Below, piece by piece: positions 39,669 through 52,069 of a DNA stretch of 64,000 bases; position 1 is the first letter of the stretch, and each line of letters opens with the position of its first letter. The translations under genes were made by a program, and so were the position numbers. This DNA comes from Gracilinanus agilis (lineage: Eukaryota). Below the pieces are notes generated by a model. That model did no database searches. It was not told the origin of the DNA and saw only the letters and a program-made list of their open reading frames with translations. The stretch covers positions 193,542,034 through 193,606,033 of the forward strand of contig NC_058132.1 of the NCBI RefSeq assembly GCF_016433145.1. The letters run 5' to 3'.

Positions 39669-39913
39669 CAATGGTTCTCAAAGGTGGCCTACACACTTAA
39701 AAGGTATCAAGGACTCCAAAAAACTTTTGTTTATATGGTTCATTTCTGTTAATATTTACCATTTTAGAAATAAAAACATCTTTATATTAGTATCAAATAG
39801 TTTTATATTAATAGTAAATTAATATTAGCATAAAAATGACTTTGACCTTCAGATCCCCTGAAAGGGTCTTGGGGATCTCCAGGGGTCCCCAGACCATACT
39901 CTGAGAATTGCTG
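39669..39913. mobile_element. hAT-Charlie (Charlie1/MER33-like) element
   Basis: CAATGGTTCTCAAA / TGAGAATTGCTG; TSD ATCTAGAT/GTCTAAAT; CCCCTGAAAGGGTC..CCCCAGACCATACT 3' motif. Confidence 0.75.
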
Positions 39914-39919
39914 GTCTAA

Positions 39920-40430
39920 ATTATTCTAGAGTTGAATAGGATAACCTAGAGAACTGATCTATCAGTGCCCATATCTTGTACCTGCCCTATACATGGAAAG
40001 TGAACCTGGCCCAGAATTGAATCAGATGAGGCAAGTCAGCTGGATTATCAATGGAAAATTGTGTAATGCTTTTAATGACTCCAGCCTACATCCTGAAGCA
40101 AAAGCTCATTTAAAAAATATCAATATAATTCCAGGAGTGCTGGATGGCCACAAGCCATGGAATACCTCAGCCTCTGAAGAATGAAAGCTGAGTGTCACTC
40201 AAAGGGCAGTAGAAAGATTGTATATGATGAGCATGTGTAGGCTGTGAAATATTGCCAACAAAAAATTACGTAGGAAAAATGGTATAGAGGATATCAGCAT
40301 AGAAGTTATCTGACCAAAATAGAAATTGGGTGAATCACATTGTAAAAGTTAGGGGAGGATAACCCATGTGCTCCATTGATGTTCCAGTCCAGGGTTCTAG
40401 AAGAAGTTGGCCTCTCTCTTCTCCCTCTCT
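39920..40430 (+). mobile_element. RTE LINE 3' ORF remnant
   Basis: PELNQMRQVSWIINGKLCNAFND..AKAHLKNINIIPGVLDG..W matches the post-RT RTE pattern (KAHLFN..ILP.LLYG.E.W); degenerate WAGHV motif near 40330. Confidence 0.75.
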
Positions 40431-42475
40431 TCTCCCTTCTAATGGATCCAACATGCAGAAATTATGGGAAGACATGAAGAAGAATTATCAACTGGTTCCA
40501 AGTTAGTCATGAATAGCTTGTGATCTATCCCAATGGTAGAAGAGCCCACAGTAATCATACACAGATCCATTAAAATATTGAAGTTATGAGTTCAAGTACA
40601 AATTGGGCTCTGGCCACTGAGGTCCTTTCCAGCTCTGAAATTCTGTCTTCAGTAAATATTTAATTCTACTTTATGGTAGTTATTAAGTTTCAATAATAAT
40701 CTTTTAAAAGCTACACAGGTAAGAAAAAGAAAAGGACCATGTTTTCTGCATACAGGATAGAACTTTTAGGAGAGGAAGTTGAAAGAAAAAAATTCCTGAT
40801 CTAAATAAACTGTTAATTATGTTATTGAGATAAGAATTAAATATGATTTATTTATTTGCTAATGCTAAAAGGTGTCCTTGTCTTGGTCTCCATCACTTTT
40901 CTCAATAAACTAGAAATACTTTTATTCAGGAAACAAGTATCACTGCATAGCTATTGAAGCAAAAGTAAGTAACATCTATAAATTATGATGTCAGGTAATG
41001 TATCCCAGCATGATTTTCTGGGTCTAAGTTTGCTGTTAGAACTACACATTTGATTATAGAGATATTTGGTTGGTTCTCATATGCTTTAAAGAGCTAATAG
41101 GCAGTTAGTTGTGCTATTAGTTCTGTAAATTGATATGTTCTTTAGCCCAACCCTATCAAGATGGAAAGAGAAATTAGGATATTTCAGTCTTCTAGCTTAT
41201 TCACTGGGTTCTTAGTAGCTATCCATGGGGTTTCCTTGGCAATGATCCTGGACTGATTTGTCATTTCCTTCTCCAGTGGATTAAGGCAAGCAGAAACCAA
41301 GTGACTTGTCCAGAATCACACAGCTAGTTAAGCATCTGAGGCCAAATTTGAACTCAGGTCTTCTTGATTCCAGTCCAGTGCTCTATCCCCTGAACCACCT
41401 AGCTGCCTTCTTATTTAGAAGCTACTTATAGGTTGTATTCAGGAGAGACTGGATAATAATTTTCTAGATCTTCCTTCTCATTTTTTTTTTAAAACCAGAA
41501 GACAACTTAGCACCATCTGACAAACCTCATACCCCTACCTGTATATCTCCATCTCCTTTTGCCTCACCATAAAATAATGGAAAGAATGCTGGGCTTGAAG
41601 TTGCCAGAAGCTGGATTCAAACCCTACCTCTGGGATTTACTAGTTGGTAACTGTGGGAAAATGAGCCCTCCTGAACCCGTTTCCTTCTCTGAAAAAGGAG
41701 ATAATAATATCTTCAGTATTTATTTCACAGAATCATCTTAAGGATCAAGGAAGGTAATAAATATGTTGTTTTCTAAGTCTTAAAAGATGTGTAAATTATT
41801 ATCATGATTATTATTCCATATGGTCCAGGCAAACTTGGGCCTCAGTTTCCTTGACTATGAAAATGGTTAGAGATAATCTCTAAGGACCCTTTTAGCTATG
41901 ACCCTCTACCTATTTACTATAGAACCTCATATACCTCCACACTTTCCCACTTAGTGCTTATGCTCTTCACCACTGTCTGCCTATTTAAATTCTATCCATT
42001 CAAGATCCAGCTCAAGTAATACTTCTTTCATGAAACTTTCTCAGGTCAAAGCTAACTAGAAAACCTTCCTGCCCCAGACCTTCTATAGTACTTTCTTTGT
42101 ACTGACTTAGCCACTCATCATGTTCTAGCTTGTATTATTGTTATGTGAGTACATGCTGTCTCCGTTCTACCAGACTACATAGCTGCTCCATAAGAGCAGG
42201 GACTTTCTGCTATTCATCTTTGTTTCACCCCTAACATCTAACACTACTAGAGTGCCCTACTCATTACGTGTGAGCTTAATAAGGTGTTTGTTGAATATAT
42301 TGAATGATAAATAAGATAGACTTGTTCAATCTACTAGAAAAATCTTAGCTACAAATTAAAATGGAAGTCCCCCAATCTCATGGTAATAATTATGCTGGTT
42401 CTTTATGGGTAACTGATGAGTCCTGAGATAACCAAGAACATTCAAAGATTAGACAATTACTTGTTGCTGAATCAT

Positions 42476-42481
42476 TTTATT
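42476..42481 (-). terminator. CRYAB poly(A) signal AATAAA
   Basis: ~130 nt after the stop, in a 3'UTR resembling human. Confidence 0.8.
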
Positions 42482-42608
42482 GGCCTAGTAATTTGGGCTC
42501 TGCCCTCAGCATAAATAAATAAGCATTGGCACCAGTCATAGGACATTGTATCCCTACTGATGAAAGAGCTTTCCTGCAATAGAAAACAAAATTAAGGGAT
42601 TGGGGCCT

Positions 42609-43043
<435 letters not shown>

Positions 43044-43963
43044 TCAACTGAAGCACTGGGAGATTTGGACCAACCCTAATATTCCTCAATTCCCAAATCC
43101 ATGGTCGATGGGGTTGTTTCTGAGATCTTCTCAGTGGTTTAGATCATCATACCCAACAGCCAAACTGAATTTAGGATTCCAAAGGCTAACTTTGTTGTGT
43201 TCAACCACAGAGAAAACCTACAACTCATTTGGTCAGCTTGGCTCTAGGAATGATAGGGAGCAAGTGGAACCAACAGGTTCCTCCTGGATATCTTCAGTTT
43301 CATCTTGTAGCATTTCAACTCATGGTATGCTGGGACTAGCTTGAACCAGCTCCTAAGAACCAATTGTAAAATTCCAATGTGGGCCTTTTACCTATAAATA
43401 AAGGTCTGATTTCTTTTTTTGCTTGTCTGAACTCAAGAAAGCAATAGAGAAAATGTTGATAATGCTGACTAAATTTAAAAGTGTGCCCTTCATACATTTT
43501 TTTCCCCCTGGGAAGCTGGTTAATACCAGCATATACCTGATTCCAACCCCAAACATTTGGGCATCAATGGATTCCACCAGGATATGTTTAATGCCATCTT
43601 TGCCTCAATGCTAACAGTTTGGGATTAGTTACTAGGTGATAGAAGAGAAGGTGCATCAAAATCCTTCCTCAGGAATTGATAAATATTTTTTGACAAGGAA
43701 AGACTACGCCAGACTTTAGGATCCAGAAGACAAGGCCTTGAGTTAACCCCTCATATCCTCAGATCCTTAAAATCTTTAGGAATGATCTCTCTGTCTGGTG
43801 ACTCCCAAGTGGTCTTAGTGGTTCAAGAAGTTAAATACAGTTCTGAAATTTAAAACAAGAGGTTCAGAGTAGGAATGGATTCCAAGCATGATGGGTTCCC
43901 TGAATGCCTTGAGGCTCTCCTGGTTTCTAACTGGGATGTACTCCAGCTGCTCTAAGAGCTTCA

Positions 43964-44206
<243 letters not shown>

Positions 44207-45479
44207 CTAGGGATATGAGAGAAAGGTTCAGGGGAAGCTGAGGGGTTGCGGGGTGGGGGTGCAGCAAGGAAGTCAAGACCTCTCTTTCCCTCCTGTAGGG
44301 GGCATTGATAAGCCAGAAGAAAAAATACATCTGCAAACCTAGTCTATCCAGGAATCCTTCTTCTCCTTCCCTTCCCTCCCCCACTTCTGCCCCATCCCCT
44401 GGGAAAAATACCTTTCCTAAAAAAAAAAAAAAAAAAAAATCAGAGTTCTTCGGCTTATGGGAGCCTTGACCACTAACACTTAACTAAGCTTGAGCCAGGA
44501 TGTCCACAGTATGTCTATACTAAACAAAAGATGGGCTTGGCTATAATTGTGAACATGAGTTCACAATCTACCCCACCCCTCTCAGTTTGCCAAATTCAAA
44601 CCTCCAAGCCCCTGGATATTTATCTATAAAAACAAAGACTTCTTCTGCCTGCTCCTCAGGACTGCCAAGTTTCCCACCCACTTAATCTAGAAACTACCCA
44701 GTTTGTCCTTTCAGTGCCCTTGCCCACTCATCCACTGGACTCCTGTTTACTCATACTTCAGTATTTTTAAATAAGGGTGTTGTTTGGGGTAGCCTAGTCT
44801 ATTACCTTTTCTCTTCCTTCCCCTTCCAAAGCAGAGTGGAGAAATTGAGACTTGGACAGGGGTCCAGATTTTGAACAAAGATCTAAAAAGATGACCTTGC
44901 CCCTCCTTATATTTAAGCCTCCCATCAGTCACTATTAGGGGGTTGACAAGCAGGAGAGAAACAAGATTACTTTTTATGGTCTTACACAGGAGGGAAAGGA
45001 AGCTAAGATCAAGGACAGGGCCCTTGAATCCTGGGGAAAAAGCAAACGTAACTAAGAAATACCAACAAAAATTGTTCGAAGATGGCTGTAAGGGACCAGA
45101 ACAAGTGATCCAGGAATGTTAGGACTACTTCTGTCTGGATACTTTTAAAGCAAGAAAGGTCCCTCTATCTAGTAAAGGCATGGTAAAGGCTGCCTAGAGC
45201 CCAAGGGGCAGATGAGGTGACCTTAGTGGGTCCTAAGGGATTTTATTAATAGTATATTTTGACCCTGCCTCTCACAGAGGGTCTAAAATAAATTGGATCA
45301 GACAAGCTGAGAAACTGGCAGTGACCTCATCTTTCTACACTACCAGGCACAGCTGTCTTAGACAACTATGTTGCAGATGAGCATGAGATTATCTATTGGG
45401 AAAACTGAAGCAAGGAGCCCGGAGAGATGAATTGCACCAAAAATCGAGGTGCCCATCGCCTGACAGAAGGAAGGCTTAC

Positions 45480-45677
45480 CTCTGAGAGGCCAGTCTCAAG
45501 CCAGCTAGGTGTCCGCAGGAAAGGGGGTCGAAAGTAGAAAGGAGTCAGGGCAGTGGAGGTTGGGAAGAGGTCAGACTCCAGCAGATGCTCTCCAAAGAAC
45601 TGGTCAAAGATTCGGCTGGGTGAGTGGAAAGGAAATAAGGGGCGACGGATCCAGGGATGATGGATGGCGATATCCAT
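45480..45677 (-). CDS. CRYAB: alpha-B crystallin exon 1
   Basis: [38 protein letters not shown]; GAG|GTAAG donor; 198 nt; total 174 aa. Confidence 0.98.
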
Positions 45678-45746
45678 GGTGGCTAGAGAAGTTTGTGGGC
45701 TATATCTGGCTAGGCAGCTCCTTCAGCCCAGGCTCCAGTCGGGCTC

Positions 45747-45753
45747 TTATATA
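45747..45753 (-). promoter_or_regulatory. CRYAB TATA box (TATATAA)
   Basis: 70 bp upstream of ATG, next to the HSE. Confidence 0.85.
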
Positions 45754-45764
45754 CCCTGCACCCG

Positions 45765-45779
45765 TGAAGTTTCTGGAAT
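45765..45779. promoter_or_regulatory. perfect three-unit heat-shock element
   Basis: tGAAg tTTCt gGAAt. Confidence 0.9.
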
Positions 45780-45870
45780 GGTGATGTCAGGAGTTTTATT
45801 ATCCCAGTTCATGGAGGACTGGTGATCAGGGATTTGGCTGTGACACACACCCAGTACTCACCAAGCTAAG
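45780..45870 (-). promoter_or_regulatory. lens-specific regions LSR2/LSR1-like blocks
   Basis: GGATAATAAAACTCCTGACATCACC and GTGAGTACTGGGTGTGTGTCAC resemble recalled mouse/human promoter at the same distance from TATA. Confidence 0.6.
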
Positions 45871-46004
45871 AAAAGAGAAACACAAACATGTCTGAGCTGG
45901 CAAGTGACTAGTCCTGCCCTCCAAATTCGGGTGCTTTCCCCGCCCCTTGTTCCACCCCCATCTCTTACCCCTCAGTGCTCCCGTTCTCCCTCCCCTCTTG
46001 CTAA

Positions 46005-46135
46005 GGCTGAGCCAGGAATGCCAAGCAGCTTGCCCCTCCCCCTCCCATTATAGTCTCACATGCCAGGGGGGTCAGGCCAGCGACTATCTTGGGCCCAGGC
46101 GGAGACTGGCAGGGAAGGAATCTGCCCGGGCTGGG
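46005..46135 (-). promoter_or_regulatory. CRYAB muscle/lens enhancer orthologue (alphaBE region)
   Basis: CCCAAGATAGTCGCTGG, CCCCTGGCATG and GCTGCTTGGCATTCC blocks in the expected order and position. Confidence 0.65.
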
Positions 46136-47014
46136 TCCCAAGGACATTAACTCTTTGTTACTCCTTAGAGAAGGCTAGTGGTCACAGAGACGTCATGTGT
46201 CCGTGGAGTACCCTGAGTGGAAGGGAAGAACGGAGAGAGGCCCTTGACATCATTCTAGCCAGACAGAGCTCTGAGAGAAGAAACAGGGTAGGGGTGGTTG
46301 TGCCGGGATCCCTGCGCCTAGAATTGCAGAATTTGAGAAATGAAAGAAATGGTAGAGCAGGGATTAGAGCCCAGCTTTTGAAAAGGAATGAGAATGCCAC
46401 AAAGTCTGTCACCTTGAGGGTGGGTCTGGCAAAGCAGATGGTGCCTTGGCCTTGGAGTAAGAAAAGCCTGAGTGTGAATCCTGCTTGTGACTTTGAGCAA
46501 ACACCTCCCCTACTTTGGGCCTCGTTTTCCTTGTCTATAAGAATGAGGCCCAGCAGGACGCCCTCGAAGACTCCTTCTAGCCTAAACCCATTCTTACTAT
46601 TCAAGCGGTCAAATGGCCAGCAGGTCCTCCTCCCAATTCTGTGACCCTGGGAGGATTAGGTTTAGGAAGATGCATTAGGATTTAAGGCTGTCATGTGGGC
46701 AGGAGGCAGAGTTTGGGAGATTCCGGTAAGGATGGGTCTCCTGCCCTCCTTGGCCTCAAAACCAGACCACTCAGTCCAGCTGAACAGCTGAACAGCTGAG
46801 CAACGGGATCCGAGGAGCTGGAGGGGGAGGGAAGGCAGCATTCCCAGAGCCTTCCTCTCCCTCCCCATCCAAGGCTCGGCACTATTTTTGGGCAGTGCCG
46901 ACCCCGCCCCAGCCCCAGCTCCAGCCTTCCCGGGGTCCTTTTCCAGAGTACTGCTATTCATCCTGGCAGGAGGGGCACCCTGTGTCTGCAGGGACTGAAG
47001 GTCCGGCTGGGACC

Positions 47015-47108
47015 ATGTCTGGTCGCTCAGTGCCACATGCCCACCCGGCCACCACGGAATACGAGTTCGCTAATCCGAGCCGTTTAGGGGAGCAACGATT
47101 TGGGGAAG
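47015..47108 (+). CDS. HSPB2: HSPB2 (MKBP) exon 1
   Basis: MSGRSVPHAHPATTEYEFANPSRLGEQRFGE; AAG|GTACGG donor; 94 nt. Confidence 0.97.
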
Positions 47109-47784
47109 GTACGGGACCGACGATGCCCCTCCCCCTTTAATCGATCTGGGGGGCCCGCACTAACCATCACCCCCAACCTGAACTAAACTGACCTCCTGGG
47201 GCGGATCGTCTTTCATCCGAGCCTGACTTTTCCCGTGTGGGTTATAGCCCCATTCCCTGACTGGGCCCCACCACATTGTCTGACCCAGGAGATCCTTCCT
47301 CCTGGACCGACAGCCGCCTTAGCTGGGACTTCCCTCGTTCCATTCCTTGGCCCTTCTCTTCAACTTTTTGTCTTCTCCTTGTCTCCAACCCCTCATCCTC
47401 TTTGTTATCATTTCTGTATCTTCCCCTCTCCCTCTCTCCATTTCACTGGATTTGGAGTCAGAGGCGAATCTGACCCTGCACCCCTGACTTAGCTACTCTG
47501 CCTCAGTTTCCTTGTCTGCAAAAACGCGTGGAGATTGCACTTCCTGGGCCTCTGCTTCTGGGTTTGGGCTTTATGAAACCTTTCCGGCTACACATAGGCG
47601 ACCACTCGTTACCTCTATTCTTCCCCCTGTATGCCTTGCCTTCCCTCTGGCCCCGGTCGTCCCTTTCCTTTTGCTCTTCAGTCCTGCCTTTCTCTTCTCA
47701 CTCTCCATTCTCCTTTTAGACTTCTTTCCTTCCTCCTCTCCCTACTCCCCACTCACTCTTTCTTTCTGTTTACCTTCCCCTTAG

Positions 47785-48239
47785 GCCTGCTCCCAGAGGA
47801 GATCCTGACTCCCACCCTGTTCCATGGTTACTACGTTCGACCACGAGCAGCTCCAGCTGGGGAAAGCACCGGAGCCGGGGCGTCCGAGCTCCGTCTCAGT
47901 GAAGGCAAGTTCCAGGCCTTCCTGGACGTGAGTCATTTTACCCCAGATGAGGTGACGGTGAGAACCGTGGACAACCTGCTGGAGGTGTCTGGCCGGCATC
48001 CTCAGCGCCTAGATCGCCACGGTTTCGTGTCCCGTGAGTTCTGCCGTACCTATGTCCTGCCTGCTGATGTGGATCCGTGGCGCATTCGGGCTGCGCTCTC
48101 CCATGATGGCATTCTCCATCTGGAGGCTCCACGGGGAGGCAGACGATTGGACACAGAGGTCAATGAGGTCCATATTTCTCTGTTACCTAGACCTCCTGAC
48201 CAGGACGAAGAAGGGGAGGGAGAACTGATGGGACCCTGA
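47785..48239 (+). CDS. HSPB2: HSPB2 exon 2
   Basis: GLLPEEILTPTLFHGYYVRPR..FLDVSHFTPDEVTVRTVDNLLEV..HGFVSREF; total 182 aa. Confidence 0.98.
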
Positions 48240-48472
48240 TTTTCCTAAACCTGGCACCAAGCAATTTCCTTTCTTACAGGAAGGGCCTTATGGTAATGGG
48301 AGCAGCTGCCAACTAGCCTAGAGGCCGTTGCATCTCACAGGGAAAAGGAAGGGAAGAGGGAAGGGGAAAGGGGGTGGGGGGATAGTAGTGATCCCGAATG
48401 GAATGTCTCTCTAGTTTGGTCCCTTGGAACATGTGACTAGCCTTGTCCTTCATTCCGATGTGGGTAGATATG

Positions 48473-48478
48473 AATAAA
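48473..48478 (+). terminator. HSPB2 poly(A) signal AATAAA
   Basis: first AATAAA after the stop. Confidence 0.7.
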
Positions 48479-48611
48479 TCCAAATCCCAGGGCCCTGTCT
48501 GTGTTTCTCCCTGTTCTGTGGCCTGGAGAATGAGACTAAGAGTGAGGAAAGGAGTCATAGACAAGGGCTGCAGGACTACTAGCTGGACAGGGTGCTCCTA
48601 ATTTGGATATG

Positions 48612-48654
48612 CTGAGCTCAACGCCAGACTGAGCTCAACGCCAGACTGAGCTCA
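48612..48654. repeat. 17-bp tandem repeat x2.5 (CTGAGCTCAACGCCAGA)
   Basis: direct reading. Confidence 0.95.
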
Positions 48655-51600
48655 CAACTGGATGCTGTGATTTCAGCAGGACACTGGCACTGGCTCCTAA
48701 TCAGATTCCTAGCTCTGATTTTCTCACAATACAACAAAAGCCAGAGTGATCCTGGGAGGGCTATGCCATCCAAACAACCCAGAGGGCATAGTCTGGGCTG
48801 GTGATTAGAGATACAAAAACAAGGGTCTCCAGACAGTCTGGACTTTTCAAGGCAGAACTTGGGAGAGGGATCTGGGGAAAAGAAAAGAACATGTTTTTGT
48901 CTAGGCAGTATTGCCTAGAGCCATGTCCTTTGGTTCCTGGGCACATACTTCTATGGAGTAGACAAGAGTTCCCATATTCAAGGGACTAAATAAACCAGGA
49001 GAGCATAAATACTTCCAGTTGAATGAATGAATGAAAAAGCATTGGTTAAAGAACTTTCCTCCACAATCAATCATCCTCGTGCCCCAAAGTGTCCATAGCA
49101 GTCATGTCGTAATGCTGGAAGGGTCTTTAGTGATCATCTGACTCAATCCATCATTTTATATATGAAGGAAATTGAGATCCAGAACCTTAAGATCTAATTT
49201 TAGAAATGGACAAGACCTTAAATAAAGGTCATGTGGACAAACACCCTCATTTTACAGATGAGGAAACTGAGACCTATAAAAAGAATATTTCTTGCCCAAA
49301 GCCATGCAAATAGATAGAGACAGAACTGAGACTAAAACTCATGTTTCTTTGCTCCTAATCTGTTTTTAAAAACTTAAAAAAATTTTCAACTAATAATATC
49401 CCTGATACTTCCTCACTTTGTAACAAATATGTACAATCAAGCAAAACAAGTTTCATTATTGGCCATGTCCAAAAATATATGCCTGAGTCTTCATTTTTAG
49501 ACCCTCTCCTTTCTGTCAAGAGCTAAATAGCAGGCTCCATCATTCAACCTCTGGAATCACGACACATGGAATCACGTGTCAATCAGAGTTTTAAAGTCTT
49601 TCAAAGTAATCCAACACTTTTATACAGAAACCCACCTTCTCTTTCAGGCCTGGGGGAAGTATTTGCCTCTAATTCCTGAAATATTCCATATCTGGAATAA
49701 AACTTTCATCAACTTCTAGCACAGCTTTCCCACTTAAGGAAGGGACTGACCATATTGGGACATGGGGGGAGTCAGTGTCTAGGCTCCGATTCCACCAGTG
49801 GTGTCTTCAGAAAGATTGATCATTACTTTCTGGGGGAGGCAGGGCTGAGGAAGGCCCTGAGGTCAGGGAAAAGGAAACTGTCAACTTTGAGTCATTCTTC
49901 AGTAGCTGAATAGGCAACACATACCCAACAACTTCCCCCATATTGTCTTTACCACTCACTTGTTACTGATAGATGAAAATCCTCCACTAGAAATCAAGAC
50001 ATTGTACCCAGTTAAAATATAAATCCCAGTGAGGTTAGCATAGTAGGTATCTTAATGTGATTGATTCTTCAATAGCTGGAGGACCTGTGATATCATCAAT
50101 GCCGGATATTCTCCCCAACACTTCCCCATCCTATGCAACTCTTGTCCCTGCCTTCCTATAAATCTTTAACAGGGGTTCTATACATATGGTTCAAGGTTCT
50201 TGGCCTAGATTACTTGATGTTGATACCAATCAAGGATGAGGCTGAACCAACAGTCATCCTTTACTTTTGTTATTGGCCAACCCATCTTTTTTTCTGGTCA
50301 TACATTTCTCTGATGACATCCTTTACCCTCCTTCTTTTCTTCAGTTGTTCATTTGTAATGTGTCACAGCCTGCTCATGCCTACCATTCAATTCAGTCCAA
50401 TTGATCATACATTTATTAAGCACCTACTATGTGAAAAGTATTTTCTTAGGTGCTAAGGTGCCCTCAAAGGACTTATACTCTACTAGGAAACACTATGTAT
50501 TCATATATAAATATAAAATATAAGGTCATTTTGGGAGAGGAGAGAGAACCCTAACAAATAGGGGATCAGGGAAGGATCCTTGCATAGGAAGTCATCACCT
50601 GAGCTTTCAAAGGAGCTAGTGGTTCCAAGAGTTAGAAATAAAGAGGGAGAGATTTTCAGAGATGGGAAACAGCCTCTATACATGTAGGGAGGGGAAAGAC
50701 AGAATGACATATTTAGGGAATAGCAAATAGGCCAGTTTGACTGAGATTTCAGGTCCCTGAAGGGATTCGTATAAAATCAAACTGGAAAAGGTAGACTGGA
50801 GCCATGCGTCTTTCCATTGCTGTCTGGAGGATCCCCAACTGAAATTCTCGGAGCTCATAGAGAGCTCCTTGACTTGGAGCCATTTTTGGCATTAATGCCT
50901 TCCTCCCTCAAAGTATTGTTTGAAATTTACTAATTACACATAACACCACAAAAGATATTGTAAAAAAAGAATATAAAGAAGCATGAGACACCAGCATAGT
51001 ACCATAATTTAGTATAGTAGCACTTTATAAAGTGTTTTCCTCATGAGTTGTCTCTTTTCCCCCTCAACCCAGTGTGGTAGGTGGCATAGAACAGGTATAA
51101 TTAGCCTGTCTTAACATATGAGAAATAAGGCGCAAAGAGATTAAGTGTGAGTCAAAGTTATATAGTCAGTAGACTTGAGTTCAAATTCTGCCTTCATCAC
51201 TTGCCACTCTGTGACACTGGGTAAGATAACCTTAGTTTCCTTCTCTGTAAAATGGGAATAATAATAGCAGCACTTACTTCACAGGGTTTTTGTGAGGCTC
51301 AGATGAGATAATATATGTATGACTCTTTTCAAATCATAAAGCATTATAATTAGTCTTGATTCACAGAAAATCAACTAAGGCTCAGAGAGATTAAGTAATT
51401 TGCCAATAAATCACAACTGATAACACAAGAGCCAGGATTCAAAATAAAAACCTCAGTCCACCGAAGCCACATCTCTCAACTGTATATATCCGAACCAATC
51501 CTGGTCTTTAAACTCAAGACCTCTGGGTGTTTGTGTTTAGTGCCTGTTCTTTGCCTTAGGATCTGGGATTCGAGAGATAAGGCACTGACTGCTGGCCTCC

Positions 51601-52037
51601 AAAAGGCTAAGTCAGCCTGGGTGGTGATGGGAAAAGTTAAGGCGTTCCCCCCTCTCAGAGAGGTCTTCGGGGTGAAGGATACTTTCCCAGGCACTGGAAG
51701 CCAACACCTTGTGCCACTCAGGCTTCTTGGCATGGGAGATGGTAGTCAGAAGTTTGCAATTTCATTAAAGGAGCTCCAAACTCTCAAGGGTGAGACAATT
51801 CCCAGCGGAGGCCAGCCAGGGTGTGAAAGCCCTACACCCTCCTCTCCTGCCTGGGGAATACGCCCACCTGACAATCCTTCCAGCAGGTGGCATAGGAAAG
51901 CCATCCTGCTCCCTGTGCGAGGGGAGAAACCCGACACTGACAGACGGCTCTCTGGGAACTGCCACTCCTGGCTGGACAGCAAACCAGGAAATGCCCTATC
52001 CTTTTATGAGGAAAAACACCCTTGGGGACAGAGCACC

Positions 52038-52069
52038 ATGGGAAACCAGCTCTGCTGTGGGGGAAGCTG
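52038..52069 (+). CDS. C11orf52: C11orf52 exon 1
   Basis: MGNQLCCGGSW (human MGNRVCCGGSW); ACCATGG; TG|GTGAGT donor. Confidence 0.93.

Noticed and set aside
46060-46644. 194-aa ORF in the CRYAB/HSPB2 intergenic region
   Set aside because: It runs through enhancer and MIR-type SINE sequence and has no homology.
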